From Thalia democratica (Eukaryota): a stretch of DNA of 64,000 nt. Of the stretch, positions 13,000 through 26,000 are shown piece by piece. Under the pieces are notes generated by a model. The model did no database searches. It was not told the DNA's origin and saw only the letters and a list, made by a program, of their open reading frames with translations. The DNA lies in NCBI GenBank assembly GCA_965202585.1, contig OZ241826.1, positions 80,104,001-80,168,000 on the forward strand, given 5' to 3'. Both the position numbers and the translations under genes were made by a program. How positions within the stretch are numbered: position 1 is the first letter of the stretch; each line of letters opens with the position of its first letter.

Positions 13000-14580
13000 G
13001 CTGCTGCCAAGCTACGAGGGGTCGTAATTGTGGGGGGGACGCAGGAAGCAATAACCTTGCTGTGCGCTTAGTGAGGGGAAATTTGTTGTTATCGCCGCTT
13101 CTTTATTGGTTTTTCATTGTGCTTTTGGCCGACTTCGCTATGTTTCTGCGGTAGTTTTTTCTCGGTAAGTGGCTGTTTTTTTTTGGGAAAGTGAACAAGT
13201 CTGCGACAGTTTAGTTTTGTGTTTAGTTTTCAAATGTTAAAAATTTTAAGATGGTTGTTTAGTTTAAAAGTGTTTGCATAAGATTATTGTTTTTTTTTTC
13301 AACGTTTTGTTTCTTTCATAAAAGCGACTTGTTCAAATTATTAATAGTTAAGAAAAAGTCACCAAAAAACAACATAAACTATTCAAACTAAAAAGCAGTG
13401 TGGCAAGACTTTTCCCTACTTTCGCTGTTCAGCCATCAGCTTGTGACGTCATAACGAGCAATGCATGGCCCGAGTTGTTCGTGCAATCGCGCGCTCGCGG
13501 AAAATATCATAAATAAAACTGAAGCCTCACCGGGATTCCGCGTTCAAATTTTAAAAATTATTTCTCTAAGGAGAGATAAACCGCTAACCTCCAGTACGTT
13601 CAGTTACGTGCTGGTATGTAACCTATAATTAGCGATTAAAAGCTCTCATGCTGTATATCTTTTCACAAAGTTCGATGATAATTAAACCGCGAGGTCGTTT
13701 GGTTTTGCGCCATAGTCGACAAACTGAAGTTAAATTCGCGTGTAAAAGTAGTTCTAAGCTCACAGGAAGCAATGACCTCGCTAAGCGCTGTTAGAAGGGA
13801 GAAACTTTATCGTCGCTTTTTATTGACTTTCTTTGTGCTTTCGGCCGACGTCGCTAGTTTTTGACGAGTGCTTTTTCTTGGTAAGTGGCTGTTTTTTTCG
13901 GAAAGCGAAGAAGTGTTTACACAGTGTTTTGTTTTAAAGTCTTAAAAACTTTTAATCAGGTTGCGAAATAGACATGTAAGTATTTTTTTAGTCTTTTGTA
14001 AGTTTTGATACAAGCGAGTTAGTTCAAACTGTAGGTTATTGAAAAATATATTAAAACTAACATTTGTAAACGAAAAAAGAAGCAGCATTGCAAAGTTTCA
14101 TTTCTTTCAATCCTTAAATAATACGGAGCAGACACCTCGAAAGAAAAAACGATTTACAGAGCAAACAAAAATAAACATAGTGGAAAGTTTTTTTGAAAGT
14201 TTTTGCAAAAGCAGTATGTTACAAATTTCGCAATCTCATCGTTCAACCATCTGCTTTTATTACGTCACAACCAAAGCTCTAACTTTTTTCGGTGGAAAAC
14301 AACAACCGATCGCTTGCTCGTGGAAAAACTTCATAAATTAAACAAAAACCTCAATTGGATTTCGCGTTTGATAATACTTCCCCTGTAATATTTCCCTAAA
14401 GAGAGATAAACCGCTAACCTGCAGTACTTTCAGTTACATGCTGATATGTAACCTGTTAGTAGCGCTTCAAAGCTCGTTGAATATCATTTCGCAAATCTCG
14501 GTGGTAATTAAACCGCGAGGTCGTTCAGTTACGCATTCAGTTGATAAATCGAACTGAAATTCGCGTGTAATAGAGAGAAA
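13000..14580. repeat. Tandem duplication of a ~750-bp unit upstream of A (mirrored at about 49920-51190)
   Basis: 13050-13190 recurs at 13770-13910 (both end GGTAAGTGGCTG); 13470-13740 recurs at 14280-14570 (GAGAGATAAACCGCTAACCT...AATTAAACCGCGAGGTCGTT). Confidence 0.8.
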
Positions 14581-15853
14581 GTAGCGGTTTAAGAAGGCCA
14601 TTGGGGAAATCGAGTTACGATTCCCTCTCGGTCGCTCACAGGTTAGCTTTCTGGTTTAAAGGGCGCTTCAGTGCTGAAATATTTCAGATTGATATTTTAT
14701 TAGCTGCTTGAAGCGGTTTGATTTTGTTGAAAAATATTTGTTTTAAATGTGATTTGTGAAATCATAATATGTGTTGTATAGGTTTATTAATGAGCTTGAT
14801 TATTTTCAAAGCTTTAATCAATGTTACTGTACTACTGTAATACATAAGAACTTCTTTTAGGGATAGTATTATGTGAGTTGCTTAAATTTTTAATTGGTTA
14901 TACTCAAACCATGATATACTTGTTATATATGACATTTAAATACCAACAGTTATAAAAGAGTCCGAACCTTGAATAGCAAAGATATTATATACTCAATGGT
15001 CTAGTCATCAGTAATAACTGTGATTTATATCTAACATAAACAACATATACTGTTATTAAAAATATTGTTGTTTTATTTCACGTTTGTTTATTTATTTTAG
15101 ACAGATGGGAAAATTTCATTTTATTCAAAATAAATTTGTTAACTTACGTAAAATGAAAATAAAAGTTAGTTTTTTTGTGTATCTCATACATAAGTTACAT
15201 AGTTTTTAAGAATGTAATTTAGAAGAGTTTTGTTTTTATACTATAGTTCTTGAAATGAATTTTTAGACTAAGTATTTGTTAGCTTCAAATTAATTTTACA
15301 TTAATAATTTTCTTCTTTACTTTTATTTTTAGTTGCATAGGATAATGATTGTTAAATTTGTTAAGTTTCGTTAAGGTTTATTACTCAAACAAAAAATTAG
15401 ATTAATTTACATTTGTGTATAGATATATTCTACTTAAACTTCTAGTATAATCCTTTAATATAATTCAGTTTAAGTTAAACAGTTAAAAGACCTAATGAAA
15501 ACTATCTAAGTCATTACAAAGCCAAATATTAAATCTTTTTAGAAAAAAAATAGTCTATAAAAAATATACATTTGAATATTAAAATCGTTATACTTTAAAG
15601 ATATACTTATGATTTATGTTATACACAAAGCATAAAATTTTCTTACCGAGACGTAACTCATAAATCTTTAAAAATTACTTTATTATAAAAAAGAGTCGTA
15701 AATACATTTGTTTTACATTAAAACTTAGTCAATGTTGTTTTTAAATGTTAATATTGTTTTTGAAAAATTTCACACTAAAACAAATAACTTTAATAAGTTA
15801 TTTCAATCAACAAATAATTCAAATTTTTTTTGTACAAACTGGATTATACTCAC

Positions 15854-16060
15854 AAACAAAAATAGTTTTGACCACTTTGTACACTTTTTTCGTAACAACA
15901 GTTTACATTGGTTCCGTAACGACAGTTTCTACATTAGCAAATGATAGAAAATAAAATATAAAAACCTAACTTTTCGTATTTTACTCACCACTTTTCAAAT
16001 TCATTAATGATGTTCAGTTAAATTTCTCTACATTTGAAATTTAAATCACTACTTGAGTTC
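15854..16060 (-). other. Apparently non-coding spliced unit: exon / 60-nt GT-AG intron / 73-75-nt exon / GT donor
   Basis: Intron 15988-15929; second copy intron 16763-16704; mirror copy on + strand intron 48617-48676. All are exactly 60 nt with intact GT/AG. The upstream exon has stops in all frames. Confidence 0.45.
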
Positions 16061-17727
16061 TTTGTTTTTTATTTTATAATTGTATAAAAATTATTTTTAT
16101 GATAAATGTTTTTAATAGCTTTAAACTTAGTTTTACAGTTTTTTTTTCATTTTTAGCATTAGATGGCAGTGATTATCAAGCTTATAAAAAAAAAACTTAT
16201 TACTAAAATAAATTGTATGCTTTAAACTAGCATACATTTTTTATTGTTCATTATAGCTTCTGTTATCATCGTGAAATATTATTTTATAATAGTTGAGCAG
16301 TCCAGATTTAACAAAACTATTTTTTGATTAATATAAATTATATGTCTAAGACTAAAGTATTCTTAAAAGCTTAATCTTGAGAAAATTTGTTCATTTTAAA
16401 ATCTACAGGTACAAACGAACTATAGAAACGTCTTTAACTAAGACTTAACTCATACTAATAAAATCTTAAAAAAGTTTTTATTATGCAAGCAGTTTGTTTA
16501 CATTATTTTTAAAGATATTATTAATTATCTCAAGTTGTAATTGATGAAATTTATTTACTTCAATTTTAAAAATATAGAGAAATTTTTAATTTAATTAGCA
16601 TTCTAAAATACCGTACACGATTAATACTATTTTCACTTTTAGTTAGTGTTGTACACTGATCCAAAAAAAAGACCAGTTTAAATTGGTTCCGTAACGACAG
16701 TTTCTACATTAGGAAATGCTAGAAAATAAAACATAAAAACCTAATACTTCGTATTTTACTCACCACTTTTCAAATTCATTAGTAATCTTCAGTTAAACTT
16801 CCTTACATTTGAAACTTAAATTACTACGAGTAGTGTCCTTTTATTTATTTGTTTTCCTGTGAGTTTTAACAAATAAACTGCACAAAATTAAAATTCTGTA
16901 ATGCATGTTTTGTAAACTATAAATTTTGCAAACGAGAAAAAATAGCAAAACTGCTTATATTTAATTTTTTTTAAACAAACTTTGACGTAATAAAGCATCA
17001 ATTAATGAAAAACAAAAATAGATATTTGTTTTTACCAAATTAATTGAAAAAACATAAACTTTGAAGTTTTTATTTTACACAAGTTAAGATACACTTCAAC
17101 GCATTTTTATATACTGGACAAGCTAGACATACTTTTACAATTTATAGTATATTATCTTAAACATTTATAGCTTTTATATTAATTTACGTCTTAATCACTA
17201 GTAACGCGATATTTCAAGTAAGGTTTTGTTACCGAAAAGTTTATGTTTGGTTTATTATAGTTTTCATAGTTTCTCAAAGTTCATAATGTAGTTATAATGT
17301 CCTTTTTATTTCTACAAATTTATATTTCTTCTCTGTAATCTAAATTATCAAAATATTAACGAAAGTTTAAATATCAATAGTTTTTGATTAATTTAAATAA
17401 ATATAATTAGAATCGTGAAGAACCTTTACACCCTACAAGTGTAAGAAAATATTGTTACTATCTTGTTGCTGTAAATATAAAATAAGAAAAACTAGTTGTT
17501 GTCTACCAATAATTCTGCTGCAAATTAAGTATAATTAAAATCAAGCTTTGCTGAATAGTAATTGATTTTATTTGAAAATGAAAACAAAAATATATTTCAA
17601 TTAAAACTAAAAAAAAAAAGTAGAACTTCTGATTGTTCAAAGTAAATTTTAACAATAAAACTATTACGTGTCAACAGCCGACGAATAAACAGAAATCAAG
17701 AAAAAGTATATTTCTAAAGCATGTCGG

Positions 17728-18487
17728 TTACATTTCTTCAAGAACAACATAAAATCTATCTCCATCGTCCAAATACTCACAGACTTCAATATGGTCGTAC
17801 ATCTCATATAGCATATTCGTACCAGTCTGAAGCTTAATTTGCCGGACACTGCAGTTAAGTTCTTCAGAAAGAAGTTCCTTCAGCTTGCCCACAGTGTAGT
17901 GCTTGTAACACTCGATCGGAGTGTCCCCAAAACCGTCGTCAGATACCAAGTTGTAGTACAACAGAAATAGAATCATCTGGTTAGAAGTGTGATTGTTAGT
18001 TTAGTCTAATAAAAATTATAAAGTTATGCTAAGTACAGCTACCAGCTAACAAAATTAGTATATGTTTTTTAGCTAACAGTTTTAAACTTTCAACTGTTAG
18101 TTGATTTTTTAAAGTAATTGTATTTAATTAAGTAACATATGAACAAAATCTTTTTTATACATTATTAAAGTTACAGTACAATAACATTTTTCAAAATGAA
18201 AAATTTTTTTTATTCTTAATTAGCTACTAGACTAATTAGTTTTAAACTACTTCCTTTATTTTTTAAGTTTCTTAGAACAATTATAATCGGTTATTAAATT
18301 AAGCTTAACTATTTTTTACCCAAAATTGCTTTGTGCTCAGTTTGCTTTTGACCTTGTTTAAAACAATTGAGCTCACTCCAGAGTGGTTACATCTCTCGAA
18401 TATTCGACTTTCTCGCGGTCCTTTTTTTTCTGGGTCAGTCGCTGGGTGTTTAAAGGTAATTCCCCTTATGCTCGGGGAGTTCCCCAT
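17728..18487 (-). CDS. Small two-exon protein (119 aa) with N-myristoylation motif and ubiquitin-like domain
   Basis: Exon 1 18487-18377 (MGNSPS...NHSG, phase-0 donor GGA|gtgagc); exon 2 17976-17728 (acceptor aaccag|ATG, ends TAA). Exon 2 MILFLLYY...DTPIECYKHYTVGKLKELLSEELNCSVRQIKLQTGTNMLYEMYDHIEVCEYLDDGDRFYVVL follows the ubiquitin pattern (TI..LK..I.......Q.L....L.D...L..Y.I.....L.LVL). Both exons are GC-richer than their flanks. Confidence 0.75.
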
Positions 18488-19531
18488 CACCGAGCTTGTG
18501 ACGTTCCCTGGCTGTCACTTTTAGTTTTACAATCAAAAGTACTAATGTTAAAAGCAAAGTCAAACAAGTGTTGAAAGAATTAAACTATTTAAATATTAAA
18601 CAGAAAACAAATACTAAGTTGCTCATTGTTTTTTAATTAACGAAGGACTTTTTTGTTTATTTATTTTGCTATGATTGTATAACATACTACATTTAGGAAA
18701 AACTTGAAAAAAAGTGTTAACATTTCACTGAGTGAAAAACCCTATTTTCTTAATGAAATTGGACGCTTAAGATCTAAAAAATCTGATTTTTTTTAAACGC
18801 CCTAACAAATAAAGTATGAAAGTTACACTAGGTGATTTAAGATTCAAACTATTTTTGGGTGATGTGTAGTTTATTAGTTCTTTAACCAATTTTGTTGCAA
18901 TCTGTTGTTATTTTTTGATTAAACTGTTTTATATTTTATGATAAGCTTATATAGAAAAGTAATTTTTCAAACTGGAAAATTTTAGTTGTACGTGTTAAGC
19001 GTTAAAGAAATTATGCACACTTAAAATAAATTTAAATTTTATTATTCTTTTTTTTACTTTTATACTTAAATTGTGTTACTTGGAGTTAAACTTTTATTTT
19101 TAATCAAAAATTGTTATAAAAGGGTTTTTTATAAATATCTACTAAATCTATCTACATAAATCTACTAAAAGTTTATCTATTATATGTTTCAGTTTTTATA
19201 AAACAAATAAGAGATCTCAACTACTGGAGGAGAAATAATGAATTTATTCTTTCAATAATTTATTTTTCAAACTAAGCTTCGGTCAAAGACTTCGTCAGTG
19301 CTTAAATAAATCTAAAAACATATGTGACAGTCATGGAAAATAGCATTTAAACAATTAAAATAAGATAAAAACAAATTTTTACTCAAAGTTTTTACTTAAA
19401 AAACTAAAAAACTAAATTTTAATATTAAGATTGAGTTTAAGGTAAAGTTTAAACTTTAGTTACGTTTTAAAATCATAATAACAACAATAAAAAATAATAA
19501 AAGCTGTATGTAGGTTTCTTTTTTTCTTCTA

Positions 19532-19780
19532 GTTAATTTTTGATAATGATATTGAAAAATTTCGATGAAATGAGCAAATGGAGTTGTAAAAGAGTTGGTC
19601 AGTATTTGGAAAAATTGATTTGGGGCAATATAAACAAGTAAATAAAAAATTTTAAGTTGACATTTTTGAACATAAAAAAAAAATTTAAGTTAACACTCAT
19701 TTAAAAATATATTTTCTTATTTCCTCCGCTCATCGTAACTTGGGGTCGTACCTCTTCATTCTCAAAGCTCACTATTTCCC
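19532..19780 (+). pseudogene. Relic of SAM-encoding exons 13 and 14 of a lost SAMD11-like copy
   Basis: 19532-19637 reads ILKNFDEMSKWSCKRVGQYLEK, then a 1-nt deletion, then LGQYKQ|gt, matching exon 13 of B/C. 19716-19780 (ATTTCCTCCGCTCATCGTAACTTGGGGTCGTACCTCTTCATTCTC) matches the 3' half of B exon 14; its 5' half is missing. Confidence 0.85.
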
Positions 19781-20369
19781 TTCCTTTAAGGATACTTTAC
19801 ATAGTAAAAACTTCTTGTACGTATTTTAAGAACTTCCGCCTGTCATAAAAATGTTTTGTAATGTAAATTGTGTTATTATTAAATTTATTTTCTTTAATAG
19901 TGTCGCAACGTTTATTGTGAACTTTAAGTGGATTTAATTTTAGAAGTGCAAAAAAGACGCTTCATGTTTTAAACAAAAACTAAATTTTAAACTAGATCTT
20001 TTGTTAAAGTTTCAGCTTTAAAATTTATCAGCATGCTGACCAGAAAAAGTATAAAACAAAGACATTAAAATGTTGATTTCAACTAACTATGCAGTTTTTT
20101 ACTTTATTTACTAAAACAGTACAAAAAAAATATAAAATTTTTAAGAACATGTTTTCATGTTTCATAAAATAATTAAATCAAATTTAAGCACAAAAGATTT
20201 CATTTAAATTTTATCAAAATTACTAATTTCAGCTAGTAGTTGTAAACAAACAGTTCTAAAATTAACTTTTCCTCATTTTAAACATTTACCAAACATTTTC
20301 AAACAATTTATTTTTAGTCCTGAATTATTTCAGCACTTTAATAAAACATTAATCTTCTTTATACTACGG

Positions 20370-23060
20370 AAGTGACGGGCTGGCAATAACTTTGTTACCA
20401 AGCAACTATGCCACCTTGGTTGCTACATGAATTGCGATCCGTGCTTATCGGCTTAATTTGATTACAGATTTGCTCGTCCGTTGCTTAGCAACCGTTGCTA
20501 GCGAACACGTTGTTTGAATAGAGTCATTTTTGTCAGTTTAGCTTGTATGCTGTATAGTTCTGCTGGTTATTAGACACTTATTATGTTTATTAGTAACAAT
20601 AGCAGGTTTAATAGATCCTGTTTTAAACAGAACTTGTTTTTTGTTTAATTTTAACATTTCGGTAAATATGATAATCAATAAGTATTTTTAGCTGTTCAAT
20701 AAAATGTAAATATAGGATATAAAATTTTGTTTGATTAAAATAAACTAATTATAGGTCCTTTCTGTTTTAAACAGAACTTGTTTTATGTCTCGTTTTGAAA
20801 TTTTGGTAGGTGTGATAACAAAAACTTTAGTTTTTCATTTATTTAGTTTTTATTCCAATAAAATGTTTTTGTTTATTAATATGTAAATTCAGAGGTTAAT
20901 AGATATTTTTTTAAACTACAATCAAGTAAACTTAGTTTAAAATATATACTGCATAAATACAAGTCTAGTAACTAATGATTAAAAGTTCTTGGGTTATACC
21001 AAAATGAATACTAAAATTATTTAACTAAACAGAGTATAAGACTAAACGAAAATCCATAAACTATATAAATTTTGTAAAAATCTAAATGATTGAATAAAAA
21101 TTAATAATTTGACTGTTTAAATTGTATATATTTGAAAAATATACATAACAATTCAAGTTTTAGTGAAGCAATTTCACTTTGAAGAACAACAAGTGTGTTT
21201 AGAAACAACCTAATCATCATCAGCTGGTTTCAACGCAACGAAGATTCACTTCCTGTGTGACGTCATAAAAGTAACAGAATTTGAATCGACATATGTTTTT
21301 GTGGCCGTCGTTAATATAAGTCACTAAGCGAGGGTCAATAACCGTGACAAAGAAAAATGATTTTTTTAACGAGTTGAATTTTTTAAGATAAATAGACTTC
21401 GTACTTAAGTGTAGAATACCTTCTTTTAATCTTTGAATTTTGCAGATAATTTTGCTTTATTAGCAGCTGATTTTGTTAAAAATTTGATTTTAACTTATTT
21501 CTTAACCAGTTAATTTTGTAGACACATGTTTATTTTTCAATGACAGCGTCAGAAAACAAATGAAAATTTTCGTAAAACCTGTGGTTTTTAATTTTGTATT
21601 TATTAAAAAATATGCTTTTAATTTCTTGTATTAGTTAGAAATTTATTGACGTATACATATATTCTTTCAAAATAACCTGCATACGATCTAAAACATTCGT
21701 CTATTTCGTCTAAGTCAGATTCCGAATTTCTTCCTTGTAGTTTATCAACCCTTCAAAACTGCAACCCTGATAAACAAAACGGGCGAGAAATAATCTCGTT
21801 GACATGAGAACGCGTCAATGTGTTTAAAGTAAAAACTTGGTTATATATCTCCACAACTTCAGATTAAAAGAGCGATCGAAAGCCTTTTTTTCCGAAAGTT
21901 GCTGCGAAAGATTTACGTGAAATTTAAAAGCAACAACTCCAAAAAAAGAAGTGCGTCAAAAATGTGTTGAAGATTTTTTTAGTTTCTTAGCCTGCAGTTT
22001 TTGTTCGCATGTAAATAATTTCGTAAATTTTAATGTGTGTGCTTGGCTGGAATCGAGTCTATTTAAAAAGGAAAAGATCGAAACTGCCGTAAACTGCTTA
22101 CCTCGAAGCTTAGCTGTCGTGTAAGTTAAAAGCCAAAAACTGACAATTAATTCATTATTTAATCGACCTTCCCTTAGTTCGCTCAATCATTAAAACCTTC
22201 GGCTGGAAAAAAAAAACATTGATGTATAGAGTACAAAAGGTGATTAACTATTTCAGACGAGAAACAGTAGAAGGCTTCTTGTTGTTTTTGTTGTTGGCGG
22301 TTTTCAAACAAAAAGCTTTCGATATTCGCACACAAGTCAATGCAGACGACTGCCAACATATTGATGACTTTTTCGTGTGTGTTTAAAAATAACCAAGTTT
22401 ACTATTAACTGAATTTTGTTGTGTTTATATGTCTGCTGTAACATTTTAGACATAATTAAAAGTTCCGAACCTCATAGTAACACGAAAACAACTTTGAACA
22501 CGTTAAAATTGTTAGTAAAATAACTAATTAATTAATTTAAAAATTCATTAAAAATATTTATTTTGGATTTCACTTTAATGACAACTAATTTACTGTTATC
22601 GATATAATTTCAAGATTAAACAATATGTTTGAATAAAAATTAGTTACATATCTAATTTTTTTGTGAATACAAAAAACTCGGCACGACATGCGGCGTTGTT
22701 TATTTCTTTGCAACTTTAATGTTTGTTCGCCGCACGTGTTTTTCAATTTATGTTTTATTTTATTCGATTTCGCTCGAACAAGTATCGGCGCGATTATCAG
22801 CAAAACAAACCGTCAAAGCTAATGCCTACTAAAGCTTACATTTCATGCCTCGTTCCACGATTTACGGCTTAGTTGTCACTTTTCCTCTTCTTTTCATAGA
22901 CAATCTCCGTTGTTGGATTTTTTCTGCATTCAATTTATTGATTGACGAGAGCTTTTTGTGTTTGTCCAAGTTTCCTTTTAAGCCTTCGGCTCGGTTTGTA
23001 GTTTACTTTCACGGCGAGCTTTTTAAGTTTTTACTTCGCGAAGCTAATGCAAAATCAAAA
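20370..23060 (+). pseudogene. Relic of intron 1 to intron 3 of a SAMD11-like copy (+ orientation)
   Basis: In the same order as in copy C: X-box element (20370-20530), frameshifted exon-3 remnant (about 21203-21270, AATCATCATCAGCTGGTTTCAACGCAACG...GTGACGTCA), and intron-3 elements at 22265-22380, about 22660-22760 and about 22900-23050. Confidence 0.7.
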
Positions 23061-26000
23061 GACTGGCTTGCGAGAGTGAAGAAAGTTCCTTGTAAAAGTT
23101 TTAAGAAGCAGTGATAAGCTCGTTTTGTTAATATAGAGATTGCATAACAAGCGTAGGTGTTAAGTTTTTGTATAGTTTGTAATCAAGAACTTTCTAAAAA
23201 CAATACTAGAACAAACTATAGTAGTTTGTTGTGTATAAATGATAAACTTTTAGGTCATTTGCGGTAATCTTTAAGTATTAGTTTGTAATACTCAGAATGA
23301 AATACATTTCAAACTTAAAGATTCAAGTTATGTAGACTTGAAATACCACTGTCTAAATTACGCTTTTTAAAATTTAAACCAGCATTTAAAATTCTGAACT
23401 TTATAACTATAAAACTCCAAATACAGCAACTAAACTTTTAAATTCTAAATTACTATTCGAATTGCAGAAATTCAAACTAAGGCATTTTTAGTTTTGACTT
23501 TTAAATTACGCAGCTGAAGTTACAAAAATTGAATTTACGTAAATTCTTACTTCGTCAATTTAAAAATTAGGTCATCTTATTTACTTATTTAAAACAACGA
23601 CAATGTATAACATGTGGTTTAAATATTTCATTGTTTTATTGATGTTTCCGTTATATAAAAAAACAATAAAGTAAAAATAACACATGTTTCATAGAAGAAA
23701 TTAAAACTATGCATTAAAAAGGCAATAACATTTTTAGTTAAGCTTTGTAATAATAATAAGCTTGTAAAAATAACGACAGCTGATAAAACTTAATTAGTTA
23801 TTTTTGTTTTAACATATTTAACTAAAAAAATACTAAATTTACAAAGAACTAAAGTTAGTAAAGTATATTATATTTGTAATATAACTACTTCACATTTTTT
23901 TGAATACAATTGAACTAAAGTTAAATCGTAACACACTTTATTTTAGTTTGAAAATACTGAAATAGCAAAAAAAAGCCTATCACATTGTTGGTGTAATATT
24001 GGTTATGATAAAATTCACACTAATATTATCAACTATGTGCATATTTATTATATCTTGGTATAATTTTTTATTCAGAACGTATGAAATTAAGAATTTCAAA
24101 ACTTTTAAAACTTACATCTTCTGATTTATACATTGCGCTTTTATGTAACTTTGGGTTGTTTTAAGTATGGAAGCAGTAACTAAACTGTATCGTTTTTATA
24201 AACACAGTTTCTTGGTATGTAAGCTAAGAAATTCTCTAACTCATCATAGCTTTAAATTAGTTTTTTATCTTTGTTCAGATTTTTCTTTAGAACATAAAGT
24301 ATAGTAACTTTTCTTATAGTCCTAAATTAGATGTGGTCTATTTATTGAAATAAAGATTTTTTATGGTGTAAATGGATTAGTAAAAACAGATTATAATGGA
24401 ACAATTCAGTTTGGAATAGGAGTTTCCACATTGATAGATGTAATAGAAAAGAAAATATAAGGTTCAATTAATAAACAATTACCACATTTTTATTTCTAAT
24501 TAGTTGTTGAAATTACAACATCATTTACAGATGTTGTTGAAAACCAAAACACAAGTTTGTGTAGAAAAGGTTGTTGTATAAAAATTTGAGTATATAAACT
24601 TAATGTAAAAAACAAGCTTTATAAAAGTTTTATTAATTTTAAGCAAAATATACAGCGCTTAACACATAAGTGCTATGAGGACATATTGTTATTGAAATTT
24701 AAGTTTTGATTACTTAGTAAGCTATCCTTTATGCTATAATAAATATATTTTTAGAAGATGGTTCATATTTAGAAAAATAATTTCTATTGTGAGTTTAAAA
24801 TCGTTTTTTGGTTGTTTTGTTAAAAACTTTTTATATTTATAGCGAACAGTTTTAAGTTTTAGACAGTAGTTTGTTTTAGTATTAATAATTTTACAGACTT
24901 TAAACAAAAAGGAACGACTAAGTAAATGCCTTAACTGTGGTACTTAAGTTTACATTTAGTGCATAGGTTAGTTGAAAAAGAAAATACAACACAATTAAAG
25001 TTTAGAGCATTTTTATGGTCCCTGATTATAACACTTAAAACAAATTTCATATGGCGATATTTTTTATAAAGTAAAAATCTGTAATAACTAGTATTAAAAA
25101 GTTTCTAATAATTGAAAACCGTTTTGCTGTAAAAGTGTGAAAAAAATTAGATGTTAAATAAACTATCAACCAAAACATAGGCGAAAGTCTGCAAAGCAAA
25201 AGCCTGGACTTTCGTTTGCCGTGAGACTAGCCCAAGATTAACAAAGGGTCGATATTGCCAACTGTTCATCAGACCACAATCTTTCGGTAGACTGAGACCT
25301 GTTTTGTCCTTAATAGGACTCATCAGTCAGTCACAGCAAAAAAAAAAAACCTGCAGTCGTCAATCTACAAACGGTTTATCATGATTTGACATAATATATG
25401 AAAGCATGATAAACCGTTTCTGACAAGCGATTGAATTTTCAAAATAGTTCATAATATCGACGAGCAAAAGGCGGCACTCTGACGAGCTGCGCAAATTCAA
25501 CTTTCCACGACGAACTATATCTATTACGAACTAATATATATACAGTAACTTAATGTGTAAACAGAAAAGAGAGTTCAATGTTTTATAAGTTTAGTTTAAG
25601 AATTACTTAACATAGTTAAGCACAAGTACTAACAAGTGCTCATAGTTGTTTTAATAATCAGAGCACAAGTTCTATAAATTAAAACTGACAATCACTAGCT
25701 AGCTATACTAAGTAGTGTTGACAGAAAGCCTTTAATCTTCATTTAAATTCTTCAACAAATTTAAACTCCAATTTGACAGTTATAAAATTTTTATAAAGTA
25801 AGCAATTATTTAAATAATTATAAAAAGTAATACCGAAACACAAAATTATACAAAAGTAATCATAGTCGGCTAATTAAATGCTTGTAGAGTAACAAGTGAG
25901 CTTTAACAGCTTAATTATAAACTTTAAAGTTTATAACTGATTTTAACTTTATTGAAAAATTACAAACTTGATCAGAATTTGTTGCTCAAAAAGTAAGTCA

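Larger units (their letters stand above)
780..16830. repeat. Left outer arm of inverted duplication (pairs with about 48540-62000)
   Basis: Collinear reverse-complement matches: A exons/introns vs C; 10150-11400 vs 52400-53650; 12720-13200 vs 51000-51480; 13400-14740 vs 49720-50830; 15850-16060 and 16680-16830 vs 48540-48755. Confidence 0.85.

Noticed and set aside
12783-13154. 123-aa ORF with a mirror ORF at 51117-51407
   Set aside because: The two copies diverge in frame after about 60 codons; no domain resemblance.
25180-25340. Two small hairpins with AGACCA and ACA then an A-run (H/ACA snoRNA or retrocopy-like)
   Set aside because: Weakly homologous to mirror segment 42040-42150 where the motifs are not kept; no TSD; spacing unconvincing.
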